Positions 1-10,014 of a stretch of 64,000 nucleotides of DNA are shown one piece after another. Location: positions 34,997 to 98,996 of IMG/VR virus record IMGVR_UViG_3300025575_000001; one strand, written 5' to 3'. Under the pieces are notes generated by a model that saw only the letters and a program-made list of their open reading frames with translations, did no database searches and was not told the origin of the DNA. Source of the stretch: a virus. Lineage: Duplodnaviria; Caudoviricetes. The translations under genes were made by a program, and so were the position numbers. How positions within the stretch are numbered: position 1 is the stretch's first letter; each line of letters begins with the position of its first letter.

Positions 1-204
1 ATAATAGTTGGTATAATTATTATAGGAGTAACAATATTATCCAAATCCATAAAATCCATGCGTATTATTCCAGAAGATGACAGCCCAATTCCAGAACCAA
101 ATATAGCTCTAGTAGCTCGTAAACAACCTGTTGGTCCCCCAGAGGATGATACCGTGATTGTAGAAGAGGTAGAAGAAGAACCCTTTACAGGAATTCCTGT
201 TTAA
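1..204 (+). CDS. hypothetical membrane-anchored protein, 5'-truncated by the window edge
   Basis: Frame 1 is open from base 1 to TAA at 202-204. Hydrophobic IIVGIIIIGVTIL is followed by an acidic/Pro-rich tail. Confidence 0.6.
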   Translation: MIVGIIIIGVTILSKSIKSMRIIPEDDSPIPEPNIALVARKQPVGPPEDDTVIVEEVEEEPFTGIPV

Positions 205-218
205 ATCAATTAGAAAAT

Positions 219-614
219 ATGGCTAAAAATTTTAAAATAAAAATTACAGATCAAACATATAAACAATTAGATTTATATAGGGACGCAAATGGAGATCAAG
301 CTCTTACTCATTTACTTGTAAATGGAAATCCTTTTAACAATTGTCAATTATTTACAATAGGAGCTATCCATCATCTTATTATATCTAAAGTAACAGAAGA
401 AGAATTGAAAAATCTTTTATCTATTGCAATCCAACATGCAAAAATGAGAAGGTTATGTTTATTAGATATTAATCGATGCAATGTAACTGAAATCCTTGAA
501 ATGTTAAAACCTTTTACAGCTAAGGTTATATACAATCACCCTTATACCAGTACCAATTCAAGTGCAATGAATACAGTGATGGTTGAATTAAATTTAGATA
601 AAATAATTAAATAA
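219..614 (+). CDS. hypothetical protein (paralog of 621-1055)
   Basis: 131 aa ORF that shares NPFxNCQxF and PYxSTNxSAM motifs with the next ORF. Confidence 0.8.
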   Translation: MAKNFKIKITDQTYKQLDLYRDANGDQALTHLLVNGNPFNNCQLFTIGAIHHLIISKVTEEELKNLLSIAIQHAKMRRLCLLDINRCNVTEILEMLKPFTAKVIYNHPYTSTNSSAMNTVMVELNLDKIIK

Positions 615-620
615 AAATAG

Positions 621-1055
621 ATGGCTTTGGAAATAACTACAATAAAAGACTACAACTTAAGAGTTATAGTTAAACAAGTAAAATTTGAAGATCCCGAAAT
701 CAATCAACAAATTTATGACGATGAAGACAGTGAAGATAATCCTGTAAGTGGAACAATAGATGTATATCAAAATCCATTTGGCAACTGTCAAACATTTTGT
801 GTTGCATATGCTTATGCATTAAACAACAGTGGAGGAGATCCTGAATCAGTAAGACTTATTCTTAGAACTACTCTTGAAGCTGCTGGTATGAAACATCAAG
901 GATTATTTGATCTTAATGAAAAGGAATTAGCAGCATTTATTGCTAATATAACTCCTTGGGCATTAGCAATTCATCAAATGCCTTACAAAAGTACTAATGG
1001 CTCAGCTATGATATTAGTATTAGTTCAATTTGACATTAAAAACATTTGTAAATAA
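621..1055 (+). CDS. hypothetical protein (paralog of 219-614)
   Basis: 144 aa ORF with NPFGNCQTF and PYKSTNGSAM. Confidence 0.8.
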   Translation: MALEITTIKDYNLRVIVKQVKFEDPEINQQIYDDEDSEDNPVSGTIDVYQNPFGNCQTFCVAYAYALNNSGGDPESVRLILRTTLEAAGMKHQGLFDLNEKELAAFIANITPWALAIHQMPYKSTNGSAMILVLVQFDIKNICK

Positions 1056-1444
1056 TGGCGAAAACTCTTCTATGGTTAGATCATGCAAATACTCATAATC
1101 TTGATATTAGTCCTATAGGAAAAGATGTAACGGTCATTTGGATTCACAATTATGCTGAATTTGAACAATACATCATTGCTAATGGATTACCTGATGGAAT
1201 TTGTTTTGACTATGATTTAGGAGAGGGTAAAACTGGATTTGATTGTGCAAGATTTCTTACGAGATATTGTATGAATTATACACTTCCTCTTCCTAACTAT
1301 GCTTTTCAAGCTAAGGATGCACGTGAAATAGTTTCTATGGAAATATTACTTCAAAGATATGAACGTTTCTATGAGACAATCAAGTCTAAAGTAGAATACA
1401 ATGCGCTTGTATCAGATGGATTTGACAATGAATTACCTTTTTAA
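1055..1444 (+). CDS. cyclic-phosphate-processing receiver-like domain protein
   Basis: LWLD...NYAEF...GLPDGICFDYDLGEGKTGFDCARFL matches the pattern of this phage receiver-domain family. Confidence 0.7.
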   Translation: MAKTLLWLDHANTHNLDISPIGKDVTVIWIHNYAEFEQYIIANGLPDGICFDYDLGEGKTGFDCARFLTRYCMNYTLPLPNYAFQAKDAREIVSMEILLQRYERFYETIKSKVEYNALVSDGFDNELPF

Positions 1445-1472
1445 TTAATTAACCCTTTTATTCTTAAACAAA

Positions 1473-1847
1473 ATGAGTAAACCAGATTTCATTCCCTATG
1501 TATTTCACACCAAAGGCGAAAGTCCTAAAAGTAGGCGTGTTACAGTTGTAGGAACAGTAGACAACAATGTTTTGAATTTAGCAGTATCTTGCTGCAGTAA
1601 AAAAGACCATTTTACTCGTAAGACTGGTCGATCAATTGCTACAGATCGTCTTACAAAAGGTGATTTTGTTGCTCAAGTACCTTTGAAAGAAGTTACATTG
1701 CACAATTTCATTACTTGTGCTCAAGCTGTTTCTGAAGGAACTCTTCATTTTGGAGTACATCAGAAACTAAATATCTCTTTACCAGAAGGAATCCAATATG
1801 TATTGGGTAATTCCTTTCCAGTAAGAGCAACTTATCAACCAGTGTAA
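1473..1847 (+). CDS. hypothetical phage protein
   Basis: 124 aa ORF with a CSKKDHFTRKTGRSIA motif of a type seen in small phage proteins. Confidence 0.75.
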   Translation: MSKPDFIPYVFHTKGESPKSRRVTVVGTVDNNVLNLAVSCCSKKDHFTRKTGRSIATDRLTKGDFVAQVPLKEVTLHNFITCAQAVSEGTLHFGVHQKLNISLPEGIQYVLGNSFPVRATYQPV

Positions 1848-1852
1848 AGATT

Positions 1853-1875
1853 GGGGGTTTAATCCCCCTTTCTTT
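1853..1875 (+). terminator. intrinsic terminator
   Basis: GGGGG-tttaat-CCCCC hairpin followed by TTTCTTT, just after a stop codon. Confidence 0.6.
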
Positions 1876-1894
1876 CCCATTTTATAAAAAATAT

Positions 1895-2710
1895 ATGATT
1901 GAATTTAAATTTGAAAAAGTAGATTGGGAAAAATACGAATATCCTGGTTTTGAAATTGGGGATATCATTCGTGAATTAGTTACAAAACAACAATCTTGGG
2001 TAAGAGATGTTGCTACTGCAATAGATTTAAAACTCGGTGAAGAAGATATTCCAGGATACTACAAATTCATATGTATTGATAATCCTTATGGATTTGCTGG
2101 TACTATTTGGACTAATCCAGAACTCTTTGAGTTAATGCAAAAGAAAAGTACCCAAACTTTAAAAAGTAAATCAGGTACTTATCGTACTATGAATTGGGAG
2201 GAATTTATGCAACAGGATGCCGCAAGGAGACATGCTGGAATTCCTAATGAATTAGATGAAGAAGAAGCTGCTGAATTAAGAGATGCAGTTGTAAATCAAG
2301 CAAATGCTGGTCAAGTTGAATGGCATATTCCAGCACCAGGAATTCAACAAGTTCAACAAGTGAATGTTAATAATATTCGTCAGGTTAATGAATTTGAACG
2401 ACGTATTGCCGTAGAACCAGCTCCTTGGGAAGATGCATTAGATCAACCTATTAGACTTGAAAATGCACGTCAACTTCAAGTAGGTGATGTCAGAGTCTCA
2501 TTAGAAGGGCATCGTTGGATATTTGAAGCAGATGGTCGTTGGCATATACAACCCAGACTTGGAGAACAACCAAATCAACAAGTTGTACAAGAAATTGATT
2601 TAAACGCTCGTGCTGAAGCAATTATTGAAGAAAGAAGATTGCATGACCAAGAACAAGCTGATCGACTAAGACGAGCTGCTGAAGCAGTTAACCCAAACAG
2701 AAGGAGATAA
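1895..2710 (+). CDS. hypothetical protein
   Basis: 271 aa ORF with a Q/E/R-rich C-terminal half. Confidence 0.75.
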   Translation: MIEFKFEKVDWEKYEYPGFEIGDIIRELVTKQQSWVRDVATAIDLKLGEEDIPGYYKFICIDNPYGFAGTIWTNPELFELMQKKSTQTLKSKSGTYRTMNWEEFMQQDAARRHAGIPNELDEEEAAELRDAVVNQANAGQVEWHIPAPGIQQVQQVNVNNIRQVNEFERRIAVEPAPWEDALDQPIRLENARQLQVGDVRVSLEGHRWIFEADGRWHIQPRLGEQPNQQVVQEIDLNARAEAIIEERRLHDQEQADRLRRAAEAVNPNRRR

Positions 2711-2714
2711 AAAT

Positions 2715-3140
2715 ATGTTAATACCATCGAAAAAAATTGATGAAGAGAATCTCAAATTAGGTAGATTTTTAGGTATTAAAGGCCTTGAGAAAGAGGAATT
2801 AATAGTACCAGGAATTTATCATGAAATAGAGAAAATACCATTTTTAAGATTTGATAAATCTTTTGATTGGTTAATGGTAGTTGTTTGCTATTTAGAAAGT
2901 TTGGGTTATCATGTCAATATTGATGAAGGATCTTGTATGATTAGTAAGGATGACGATTCAGAACCAAATATTTGGAATACTTGCAAAAAAGACATCACTC
3001 CTGAAGATTTAAGAGAAGCCTTATTCAATAGTTGTATTGAAGCAGTGGATGACTATTACGATGTTGACCCAGAAATTAGTTTATCAACCACATTTAAAAA
3101 TATACATGAATGGAACGGAGCAGAGATCGACTCAGAATAA
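2715..3140 (+). CDS. hypothetical protein
   Basis: 141 aa ORF containing FDKSFDWLMVVV, a common phage hypothetical motif. Confidence 0.75.
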   Translation: MLIPSKKIDEENLKLGRFLGIKGLEKEELIVPGIYHEIEKIPFLRFDKSFDWLMVVVCYLESLGYHVNIDEGSCMISKDDDSEPNIWNTCKKDITPEDLREALFNSCIEAVDDYYDVDPEISLSTTFKNIHEWNGAEIDSE

Positions 3141-3313
3141 CTAATTATAAGTTATCCTATAGTACCAAACCTACTAAAGTAGTCTTATTAACACTTAAAT
3201 CAACTGTTAAAAAGGAGCCTATTTTAACCACAGATGAGATTAATTTATTAAAGTTTGAACAAAAACTGAAACAACAATTAACTCAATTTAGAAATTCACG
3301 AAAACAAAACTAA
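3110..3313 (+). CDS. small hypothetical protein
   Basis: 67 aa ORF filling the gap between its neighbours. Confidence 0.45.
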   Translation: MERSRDRLRITNYKLSYSTKPTKVVLLTLKSTVKKEPILTTDEINLLKFEQKLKQQLTQFRNSRKQN

Positions 3314-4521
3314 CTAAAAGTATTATACAGAATAATTCTGTAGAATTAGCTAAGTTATACCCTAATCTTATTCTTAAACATGTAACTGGAACAGGTAAAA
3401 CTCTAAGTTTTATTCAAATACAAGAAGCCCTTCAACCTAAAAGTGTTTATATTGTACTTGCTGAAAGAAACCATAAAAAGAATTGGATTGATGAATACAA
3501 GAAGCATGGCAAAGAGTATCTATTAAACAATGTGATATTCTTCTGCTATGCATCTTTGAAAAAATATGCTAATACTCAAGTAGATATGATCTGTCTTGAC
3601 GAAGGGCATCATGTAACTTCAGATTTACGATTAGATTATTTATCTTCTATAAGATATACTAATCTCATCCTATTATCTGCTACTATCAAAGATAGTCAAA
3701 TCTATGAAATTGAATCTATCAAAGGAGAATTTTATAAATATAAAATACCACTAAAAGAAGCAATAGAGAATGACGTAGTACCCCAACCAACATTTTATCT
3801 TATCCCATTAGAATTAAATAATATACCATCAGAGTATATTGAATTTATTAGGGGATCAAAGACAACTTACAAAAAAGTACATTGTGAATTCAAGGATAGA
3901 TTCACATATATGTCTGATAAAGCACAATATCCTAATTTACACCTAGTTATAAGGTGCACTCAATTTCAAAAAGAACAATATTTAACCCATCAATACTCTT
4001 ATTACAAAAATAGATTTTTTGTAAATAAGAATGTAATAGATAGGAATAGATGGATGCTTTCTGGAAGTGAGCGTAAAAGATATTTAGCGGATATAAAAAC
4101 ATCTTATGTTCAACAAATATTACTCAAATTACAAGATAAACGATTTGTATGTTTTTGTGGTAGTATCAAGCAAGCAAGAATCTTATCAGCGGATAAGAAT
4201 TTAATTTGTTCAGAAATAAAAAATAGTCAAGAAATCATTGACTCCTTTAATGCTGAAGAAATTAGTAATTTGTTTGTAGTAGATATGATACAAGAGGGTA
4301 ACAATCTTACTAAAATTGAAATTGGAGTAATTGTACAATTAGATGGAGAAACTGGTCCTTTTATTCAAAAAAGTGGTAGAATTATGCGTTCAAAAGAACC
4401 TATAATAATTATCTTATACTTTAAGAATACAAGAGATGAAGTTTATCTTGACAATGTACTAAAAGAAATAAGTATAGAACATATTCGCACCGTAGACAAC
4501 ATTGATAATTTAATAATTTAA
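3298..4521 (+). CDS. superfamily 2 (DExH) helicase with probable non-canonical start
   Basis: The frame is open upstream of the track start (3532) and contains Walker A HVTGTGKT. Downstream are DEGHH, SAT and QKSGRIMR. No ATG/GTG/TTG precedes Walker A; ACG at 3298 is a candidate start. Confidence 0.8.
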   Translation, partial: TKTKLTKSIIQNNSVELAKLYPNLILKHVTGTGKTLSFIQIQEALQPKSVYIVLAERNHKKNWIDEYKKHGKEYLLNNVIFFCYASLKKYANTQVDMICLDEGHHVTSDLRLDYLSSIRYTNLILLSATIKDSQIYEIESIKGEFYKYKIPLKEAIENDVVPQPTFYLIPLELNNIPSEYIEFIRGSKTTYKKVHCEFKDRFTYMSDKAQYPNLHLVIRCTQFQKEQYLTHQYSYYKNRFFVNKNVIDRNRWMLSGSERKRYLADIKTSYVQQILLKLQDKRFVCFCGSIKQARILSADKNLICSEIKNSQEIIDSFNAEEISNLFVVDMIQEGNNLTKIEIGVIVQLDGETGPFIQKSGRIMRSKEPIIIILYFKNTRDEVYLDNVLKEISIEHIRTVDNIDNLII

Positions 4522-4524
4522 AAA

Positions 4525-4842
4525 TTGATGATTATGATGGATAGAAATCCTGGTGATGTTGAAAGAACTGATTACATTAAACCTTACGCAATTGTAAAAT
4601 TAGGCGAAAAGGTAGCAACCGTGATTGCAAATGGTTACAATTCAAATTCTGCTGAAGAAAAACTTCAAGCTGTAGTTAAAATTCTAACCCTAACTGAAGA
4701 AGAACTGGTAGCCCCAGCAAAAGTAAAATTTATTGGAGATATTATGACTCGCCCTAAAAAAGAGAGAATTAAAATCGCCGCTAAATTATTCTTATTATTA
4801 TCTTCACCTCAAACTGAAGAAAAATACATCCCTGAAGCATAA
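4525..4842 (+). CDS. hypothetical protein
   Basis: 105 aa ORF tightly packed in the operon. Confidence 0.7.
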   Translation: MMIMMDRNPGDVERTDYIKPYAIVKLGEKVATVIANGYNSNSAEEKLQAVVKILTLTEEELVAPAKVKFIGDIMTRPKKERIKIAAKLFLLLSSPQTEEKYIPEA

Positions 4843-5453
4843 TGACTATATCCATTAATGATGTCTTAATAGAACAAAATGAACTCACATTAGCTGAATT
4901 CCTTGTCCTATTACCAATATATTTAAAAGTAGACACAATTAATGTAGATAAAAAAGCCCTTGCTAGAAAGGGTTTATTAAGAGAGAAATATCAATTCAAT
5001 TTTGAAACAAACAAACTTGAATCTAATGGTTTCGCTCTTATGGATGTATGTTCAAAGATGATGAGAGATATATTACTAGACTCTGACAAAACTGTAGCTC
5101 CAGTAAATGATTTAGTAGATCTTGCTAAACAAATGCAAGAACTATTTCCTAAAGGAAAAAAAGAAACTACCAACTACTACTGGAGAGGGAATACCCCTGA
5201 AATCATAAGGAAGCTTCAAATCTTCTTTAAGCGATATGGAGACGTTTCATATGAACAAATCTTAGAAGCTACTAGGAACTATGTTGAGTCATTTCAAGAC
5301 TCTAATAGCCCTTATATGCAGCTTCTAAAGTACTTCATATGGAAAGATAAGACAGATGGTTCACAAGAATCATCTCTTTTAACATATATAGAAAACTACA
5401 GTGAAGATGAGGTAAAACCTAGGAATGATGACTGGACTACTAATTTAAAATAA
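4842..5453 (+). CDS. putative replication initiator / helicase-loader-like protein
   Basis: 203 aa ORF directly upstream of DnaB, with a YMQLLKYFIWK motif. Function is inferred from position. Confidence 0.5.
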   Translation: MTISINDVLIEQNELTLAEFLVLLPIYLKVDTINVDKKALARKGLLREKYQFNFETNKLESNGFALMDVCSKMMRDILLDSDKTVAPVNDLVDLAKQMQELFPKGKKETTNYYWRGNTPEIIRKLQIFFKRYGDVSYEQILEATRNYVESFQDSNSPYMQLLKYFIWKDKTDGSQESSLLTYIENYSEDEVKPRNDDWTTNLK

Positions 5454-5455
5454 GT

Positions 5456-6610
5456 ATGTCTGAATTATTTGATAGGGTTGCTAAGAATCTAGTAACAAGA
5501 AAAGAAAGAATAGAAAGTGGACAAATCAATTGTATTCCATTTGGTTTACCTCGATTTGAGAAAGAGTTTCCTGGAGTAGAACAAAAGACATACTATCAAA
5601 TAACCGCTTCAACTAAGGTTGGTAAGACACAAATTACAGACTTCTTATTAATGTATCAAACATTAATGTATGCGTACAAGCATAGGGAACAGGTAAGATT
5701 AAAAGTGTTCTATTTCAGCTTAGAGATGAGTGCAGAACAGAAGTATCAACAAATGCTCTGTCACATTCTATTCAGAATGAGTAAAGGTAAAATACGAATA
5801 GATCCAAAAGATCTAAGAAGTACTAAAGCAGATAAACCACTTCCACAACAAATTTTAGAGATACTTGGGACAGATGAATATCAAGATTTCTTTGAATTTT
5901 TTGAAAAAAGTGTTGTTTTTATTGATCAAATCCGCAATCCCTTTGGAATTTACAATTTTGTAAGGGATTATGCTAGTACACATGGTACTCAACATAAAAA
6001 AAGAGTTGATTTTACTGATAACAGCACTGGAGAAGTAAAAGAACACGAAATTGATGATTACTATGAACCAGATGATCCTGATGAATATGTAATTGTTATA
6101 GTAGATCACATGGCTCTGTTAACTCCAGAGAAAGGAACTACTACTCGTGACGCAATGGTAGAACTCTCTTCAAAGTATTTTATCAAAATGAGAAACAAAT
6201 TTAAGTATATTCCCGTAGCAGTAGTTCAACAAGCCGCCGCACAGGAATCTAATGAGAATAAAAAACTCAACAAGTTGAGACCCACACTCGATGGTTTTGG
6301 TGATGCCAAAGTCATAGCAAGGGATGCAGACATCATATTAGGATTATTTTCCCCATATAGGCATGAAATACCTGAATATATGGGATATAATATTACCCAC
6401 TGGAAAGATAACATTAGATTCCTAGAAATAATAGCCGGTAGAGAAGGAGGAGGAGGTACACTATGCCCTCTATTCTTTGATGGAGGAGTTAATTATTTCT
6501 TTGAACTACCTCTACCTACTGACACTGTAGAGCTTAACAAAGCTGAAGCATTAGCAGATAGAGCAAGGAATAGTAAAATATTCATGATGGCATATCGCCA
6601 TAAAAAATAA
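5456..6610 (+). CDS. dnaB: DnaB-like replicative helicase
   Basis: Walker A ASTKVGKT, YFSLEMS, VIVDH, QQ, RPTLDGFGDAKVIARDADIILGLF. Confidence 0.9.
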   Translation: MSELFDRVAKNLVTRKERIESGQINCIPFGLPRFEKEFPGVEQKTYYQITASTKVGKTQITDFLLMYQTLMYAYKHREQVRLKVFYFSLEMSAEQKYQQMLCHILFRMSKGKIRIDPKDLRSTKADKPLPQQILEILGTDEYQDFFEFFEKSVVFIDQIRNPFGIYNFVRDYASTHGTQHKKRVDFTDNSTGEVKEHEIDDYYEPDDPDEYVIVIVDHMALLTPEKGTTTRDAMVELSSKYFIKMRNKFKYIPVAVVQQAAAQESNENKKLNKLRPTLDGFGDAKVIARDADIILGLFSPYRHEIPEYMGYNITHWKDNIRFLEIIAGREGGGGTLCPLFFDGGVNYFFELPLPTDTVELNKAEALADRARNSKIFMMAYRHKK

Positions 6611-6613
6611 TAA

Positions 6614-7288
6614 ATGGGTAAAATTTTAATTGTAGTAGGTCCAACAGGATCTGGTAAAAGTAGAAGTACAAAAAATCTAAATCCTGATGAAACGTTGATA
6701 ATCAATGTATTAAAGAAGGATTTACCCTTTAAGGGTTCAAGAGCTATGTACTCTACTGAAAAGAAAAACATCGTTTCAATCTCTGATTGGGACAAAATAG
6801 TGAATTTTCTAGGAGTTGTAAATGGTATGCCTCATATAAAGCAAGTCGTGATCGATGATATTCGCTTCGTGATGGAGAAGGAGTTTATGAAGCGTGCCAA
6901 AGAAGTTGGTTACGCTAAATTCACTGAACTTGGACAACACTTTCAAGCAATTATTGAAGCTGCTGAAAATGCTAGAGAAGATTTAGTAGTTGTACTAATG
7001 ATGCATGATGATGATGTCGTTAATGACAAAATCATTGTTAGCAAAAAGGTTAAACTGGTTGGGAAGCTTGTAGAGGATCATTACAATCCTATAGAGGTAG
7101 TTCCAATTTGCTTATATTGCAAACCAACATTTGATAAGAATGACCAACCAATCTTTCAGTTTTATACCAATAAAACTCTAATTGATGGGGTTGAAATTCC
7201 AGCTAAATCTCCTGAAGGAATGTTTGATTTAAAGATTCCAAATGATTTGAATATTGTAGTAGAAGCAATGAATGCTTACTATGAATAA
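6614..7288 (+). CDS. AAA_24 / Sak4-like ATPase
   Basis: GPTGSGKS, VVIDD, PAKSPEGMF; located next to SSB. Confidence 0.85.
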   Translation: MGKILIVVGPTGSGKSRSTKNLNPDETLIINVLKKDLPFKGSRAMYSTEKKNIVSISDWDKIVNFLGVVNGMPHIKQVVIDDIRFVMEKEFMKRAKEVGYAKFTELGQHFQAIIEAAENAREDLVVVLMMHDDDVVNDKIIVSKKVKLVGKLVEDHYNPIEVVPICLYCKPTFDKNDQPIFQFYTNKTLIDGVEIPAKSPEGMFDLKIPNDLNIVVEAMNAYYE

Positions 7289-7313
7289 GTTTTTAACAAG
7301 TAAACAAGAAAAG

Positions 7314-8210
7314 ATGAGTAAAGTCGTGATGATGGCATTCGGTGGTGGCCAAGATACTACCGTAGAAGTTGGTGGATTTAAGAAATACATCGGTGTAGGA
7401 GTTTGTAACGTAGTTGCGGTTAATCCTACAAAAGCACAAATAGAACAAATTTATGGTTCTGCTCCTGAGAAAGACCCCGAATATATAGGTAAATCTCCAG
7501 ATGACAAGGATCAAATTAGAATAGACTTCATTCTCAAAACAGTTCCTGAAAAGAACAATGGGATTGAAGCAATTAGCAAAGTAAGCTTCTTTGTAAAGAA
7601 AGCCATTCGTAATAGTGCTACTGGTAAAGTACAAGTAGTCAATAAATATGGTGAATTTGGTTGGATTGAAGAATCTATGGCTAAAAAAGGAGAAATTCCT
7701 GAAAATACCCCTTGGTATATAGGTCCATATCGCCCTGCAATGGATGGTGAAGAAAATCTTACTCATTTTGTAAAGACTTATTTAGGTATTCCTACAAGAG
7801 CATGGAAAGATGCAAATGGTAAAGAACATTTTGTAGAAGATTTAGCTACTGCAGAAGCTCAATTAGAAGACATTCAAAAATATTTCACTGGAAATGTTAA
7901 AGAATTAGTTGATCTAATTGCTTTGCAAAAGGATAACACAATCAAAGCAGACTTTGGTATTAAATCTACTGATGACGGTAAAGAGTATCAAGATATATAC
8001 ACCCGCAAATTCATTCGTGGAAATGCTCGTAACAACTCTACCCTCGATGCTGATATCACCAAAGCACAAGCAGCAGGTGCATATCCTAAAACTGTCTTCT
8101 CTAGTGCACCTCTAAAGGAATACACTGTAGAAGCTACTGCATTTGCTAATACATCAGGAACAGCACCAACTCCTGCTAGTCTTGACGAGTGGTTTGTTTC
8201 TAGTAATTAA
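7314..8210 (+). CDS. crAss-type single-stranded DNA-binding protein (putative)
   Basis: KKYIGVG..VVAVNPTK, RIDF, acidic/aromatic C-terminus LDEWF. Lies between the ATPase and primase. Start chosen at ATG 7314. Confidence 0.65.
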   Translation: MSKVVMMAFGGGQDTTVEVGGFKKYIGVGVCNVVAVNPTKAQIEQIYGSAPEKDPEYIGKSPDDKDQIRIDFILKTVPEKNNGIEAISKVSFFVKKAIRNSATGKVQVVNKYGEFGWIEESMAKKGEIPENTPWYIGPYRPAMDGEENLTHFVKTYLGIPTRAWKDANGKEHFVEDLATAEAQLEDIQKYFTGNVKELVDLIALQKDNTIKADFGIKSTDDGKEYQDIYTRKFIRGNARNNSTLDADITKAQAAGAYPKTVFSSAPLKEYTVEATAFANTSGTAPTPASLDEWFVSSN

Positions 8211-8217
8211 TCACTAA

Positions 8218-9225
8218 ATGTTTGCACAAGGGAGAAATAACTCAAATGTAGACAAAGTATTTGCTATTCCTGAAATAGACATTCTTAATTTCTATTTAGG
8301 TATCAATGAAATACCATGTCTTATAAATTCTCCTCTTAGAGTAGACAACAACCCCTCTTTTGGTATCACAACCACAAATGGGATAAAACTGCACTTTAAA
8401 GATTTTTCAACTCAGGAATCTGGGGGTACTTTTGATTTACTCATGAAGTACCTTCAGCTTCCTTTTGATGAATTAATAGAGAAGATTTATAAAGATATGT
8501 CTCCAGGATACACTCAGAATGGTTCATTTGTAATCCCACATAGAACAAAGGGAAAAATAAGTTACAACAGTAACACTGAACTCAAATGTAAAACCAGAGA
8601 ATGGCGTGATTATGATTTAAAGTTTTGGGAAGATTTTGGTATATCTCTACCTTGGTTACAATTTGGTAATGTATACCCTATCTCCCACACAATCATTCAC
8701 AATCTTGATACCAATCAAAGATACACATTTGTAGCTGAAAAGTATGCATATGCGTATGTAGAATTTAAGGATGACGTAGAATCTTTAAAAATTTATCAAC
8801 CTTTTAGCCAAACACGCAAATGGACCAATAAACATGATTCATCTGTATGGGATTTATGGCAACAATTGCCTGAATCTGGTGAAACTCTTATAATCACCTC
8901 TTCTAGAAAAGACGCTCTATGTATTTGGGAGAACACAGGTATACCTGCTTGTAGTTTCCAAGCCGAGACTGCATTGCCCAAGTTGCACGTGTTAGAAGAC
9001 ATTAAAAACAGGTTTACTAATGTGTACATTCTATATGACAATGACTTTGACAAAAAAGAAAACTGGGGTGAAACCCTTGGTGCTAAAATGGCAGAGAAAT
9101 ATGGACTTACACAATTACATTTACCTATAGGACTTAAGGCTAAAGACCCTAGTGACCTATGCAAAATGTATGGAAGACAAATAATTAATCAAGTAATAAC
9201 ATCAATTATTGACAATCATGGCTAA
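8218..9225 (+). CDS. dnaG: DNA primase (DnaG/TOPRIM)
   Basis: SPLRVDNNPSF, KDF, ITSSRKD, LYDND, KDPSD. Confidence 0.88.
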   Translation: MFAQGRNNSNVDKVFAIPEIDILNFYLGINEIPCLINSPLRVDNNPSFGITTTNGIKLHFKDFSTQESGGTFDLLMKYLQLPFDELIEKIYKDMSPGYTQNGSFVIPHRTKGKISYNSNTELKCKTREWRDYDLKFWEDFGISLPWLQFGNVYPISHTIIHNLDTNQRYTFVAEKYAYAYVEFKDDVESLKIYQPFSQTRKWTNKHDSSVWDLWQQLPESGETLIITSSRKDALCIWENTGIPACSFQAETALPKLHVLEDIKNRFTNVYILYDNDFDKKENWGETLGAKMAEKYGLTQLHLPIGLKAKDPSDLCKMYGRQIINQVITSIIDNHG

Positions 9226-9448
9226 AACAAGCATGTTCGCTGTATTGGGTAGTAGATACCCAGAATTCAACAATCTATCTACAAATCATTTCAGTGAATT
9301 GAATCGTATGAATGAAATCTATCCAATTGTTAGGAAACTCCGTGAAGACTATCCGCAAGCATTGAATGATTTTGCTAGCTATCCTTCAGTCTCCTCAAAA
9401 GAATTGGGACAGAAGATTTTTTCATTCGTGAAGAATAATTTGAATTAA
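9209..9448 (+). CDS. hypothetical protein
   Basis: About 76-79 aa ORF followed by a terminator. Confidence 0.65.
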   Translation: MTIMAKTSMFAVLGSRYPEFNNLSTNHFSELNRMNEIYPIVRKLREDYPQALNDFASYPSVSSKELGQKIFSFVKNNLN

Positions 9449-9461
9449 ACAAAACAAAAAT

Positions 9462-9492
9462 GGGTATGAGGATTAATTTCCTCATTCCCTTT
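9462..9492 (+). terminator. intrinsic terminator
   Basis: GGGTATGAGGA-ttaatt-TCCTCATTCCC stem followed by TTT. Confidence 0.6.
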
Positions 9493-9512
9493 ATAAATTT
9501 AGATAATTAACA

Positions 9513-10013
9513 ATGGAAGAACAACTTGACTTATTTGAAGAATTAAGAGATTTAAAACCTTTTACTATTTCTGAACAATATGATACTCCTGAAAAATACC
9601 TCAAATATTACTTTGCTAATAAACAACCATCTACAAGATTCTCTGGTGGTGCCCCACAATGTCATGCTGGAGTGTTTAGAAGTTTCTTTGATTTATATTA
9701 CCTTACGAGAGCTAGATTCTCAAATGTGACCTTAGAACAGGTTGCAACAATCCTAATCAATTTATGTGAGGATTATGGTAATTCAAGAGTTAGTGTATTC
9801 TACAACACAGATGTAGAAAAAGTAGTATTTGGTAACTTTGAAAACACAAACAGAAATAGTAGCCTCATCTTTGATAAGAGTTGCAGAATGTTTGATATTT
9901 ATGGAATTGATAATTTGTCTTTTTTAGACATTATATCACTTGCTGGTAAAAAATTAAGAGATTTGATTGCAATACAAACCCTTCCCACTCAACCCTGGGA
10001 ACAAACTAGATAA
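9513..10013 (+). CDS. hypothetical protein (paralog of 10015-10521)
   Basis: PEKYLKYYF...QCHAGVFRSFFDLYYLT. Confidence 0.75.
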   Translation: MEEQLDLFEELRDLKPFTISEQYDTPEKYLKYYFANKQPSTRFSGGAPQCHAGVFRSFFDLYYLTRARFSNVTLEQVATILINLCEDYGNSRVSVFYNTDVEKVVFGNFENTNRNSSLIFDKSCRMFDIYGIDNLSFLDIISLAGKKLRDLIAIQTLPTQPWEQTR

Positions 10014-10014
10014 A

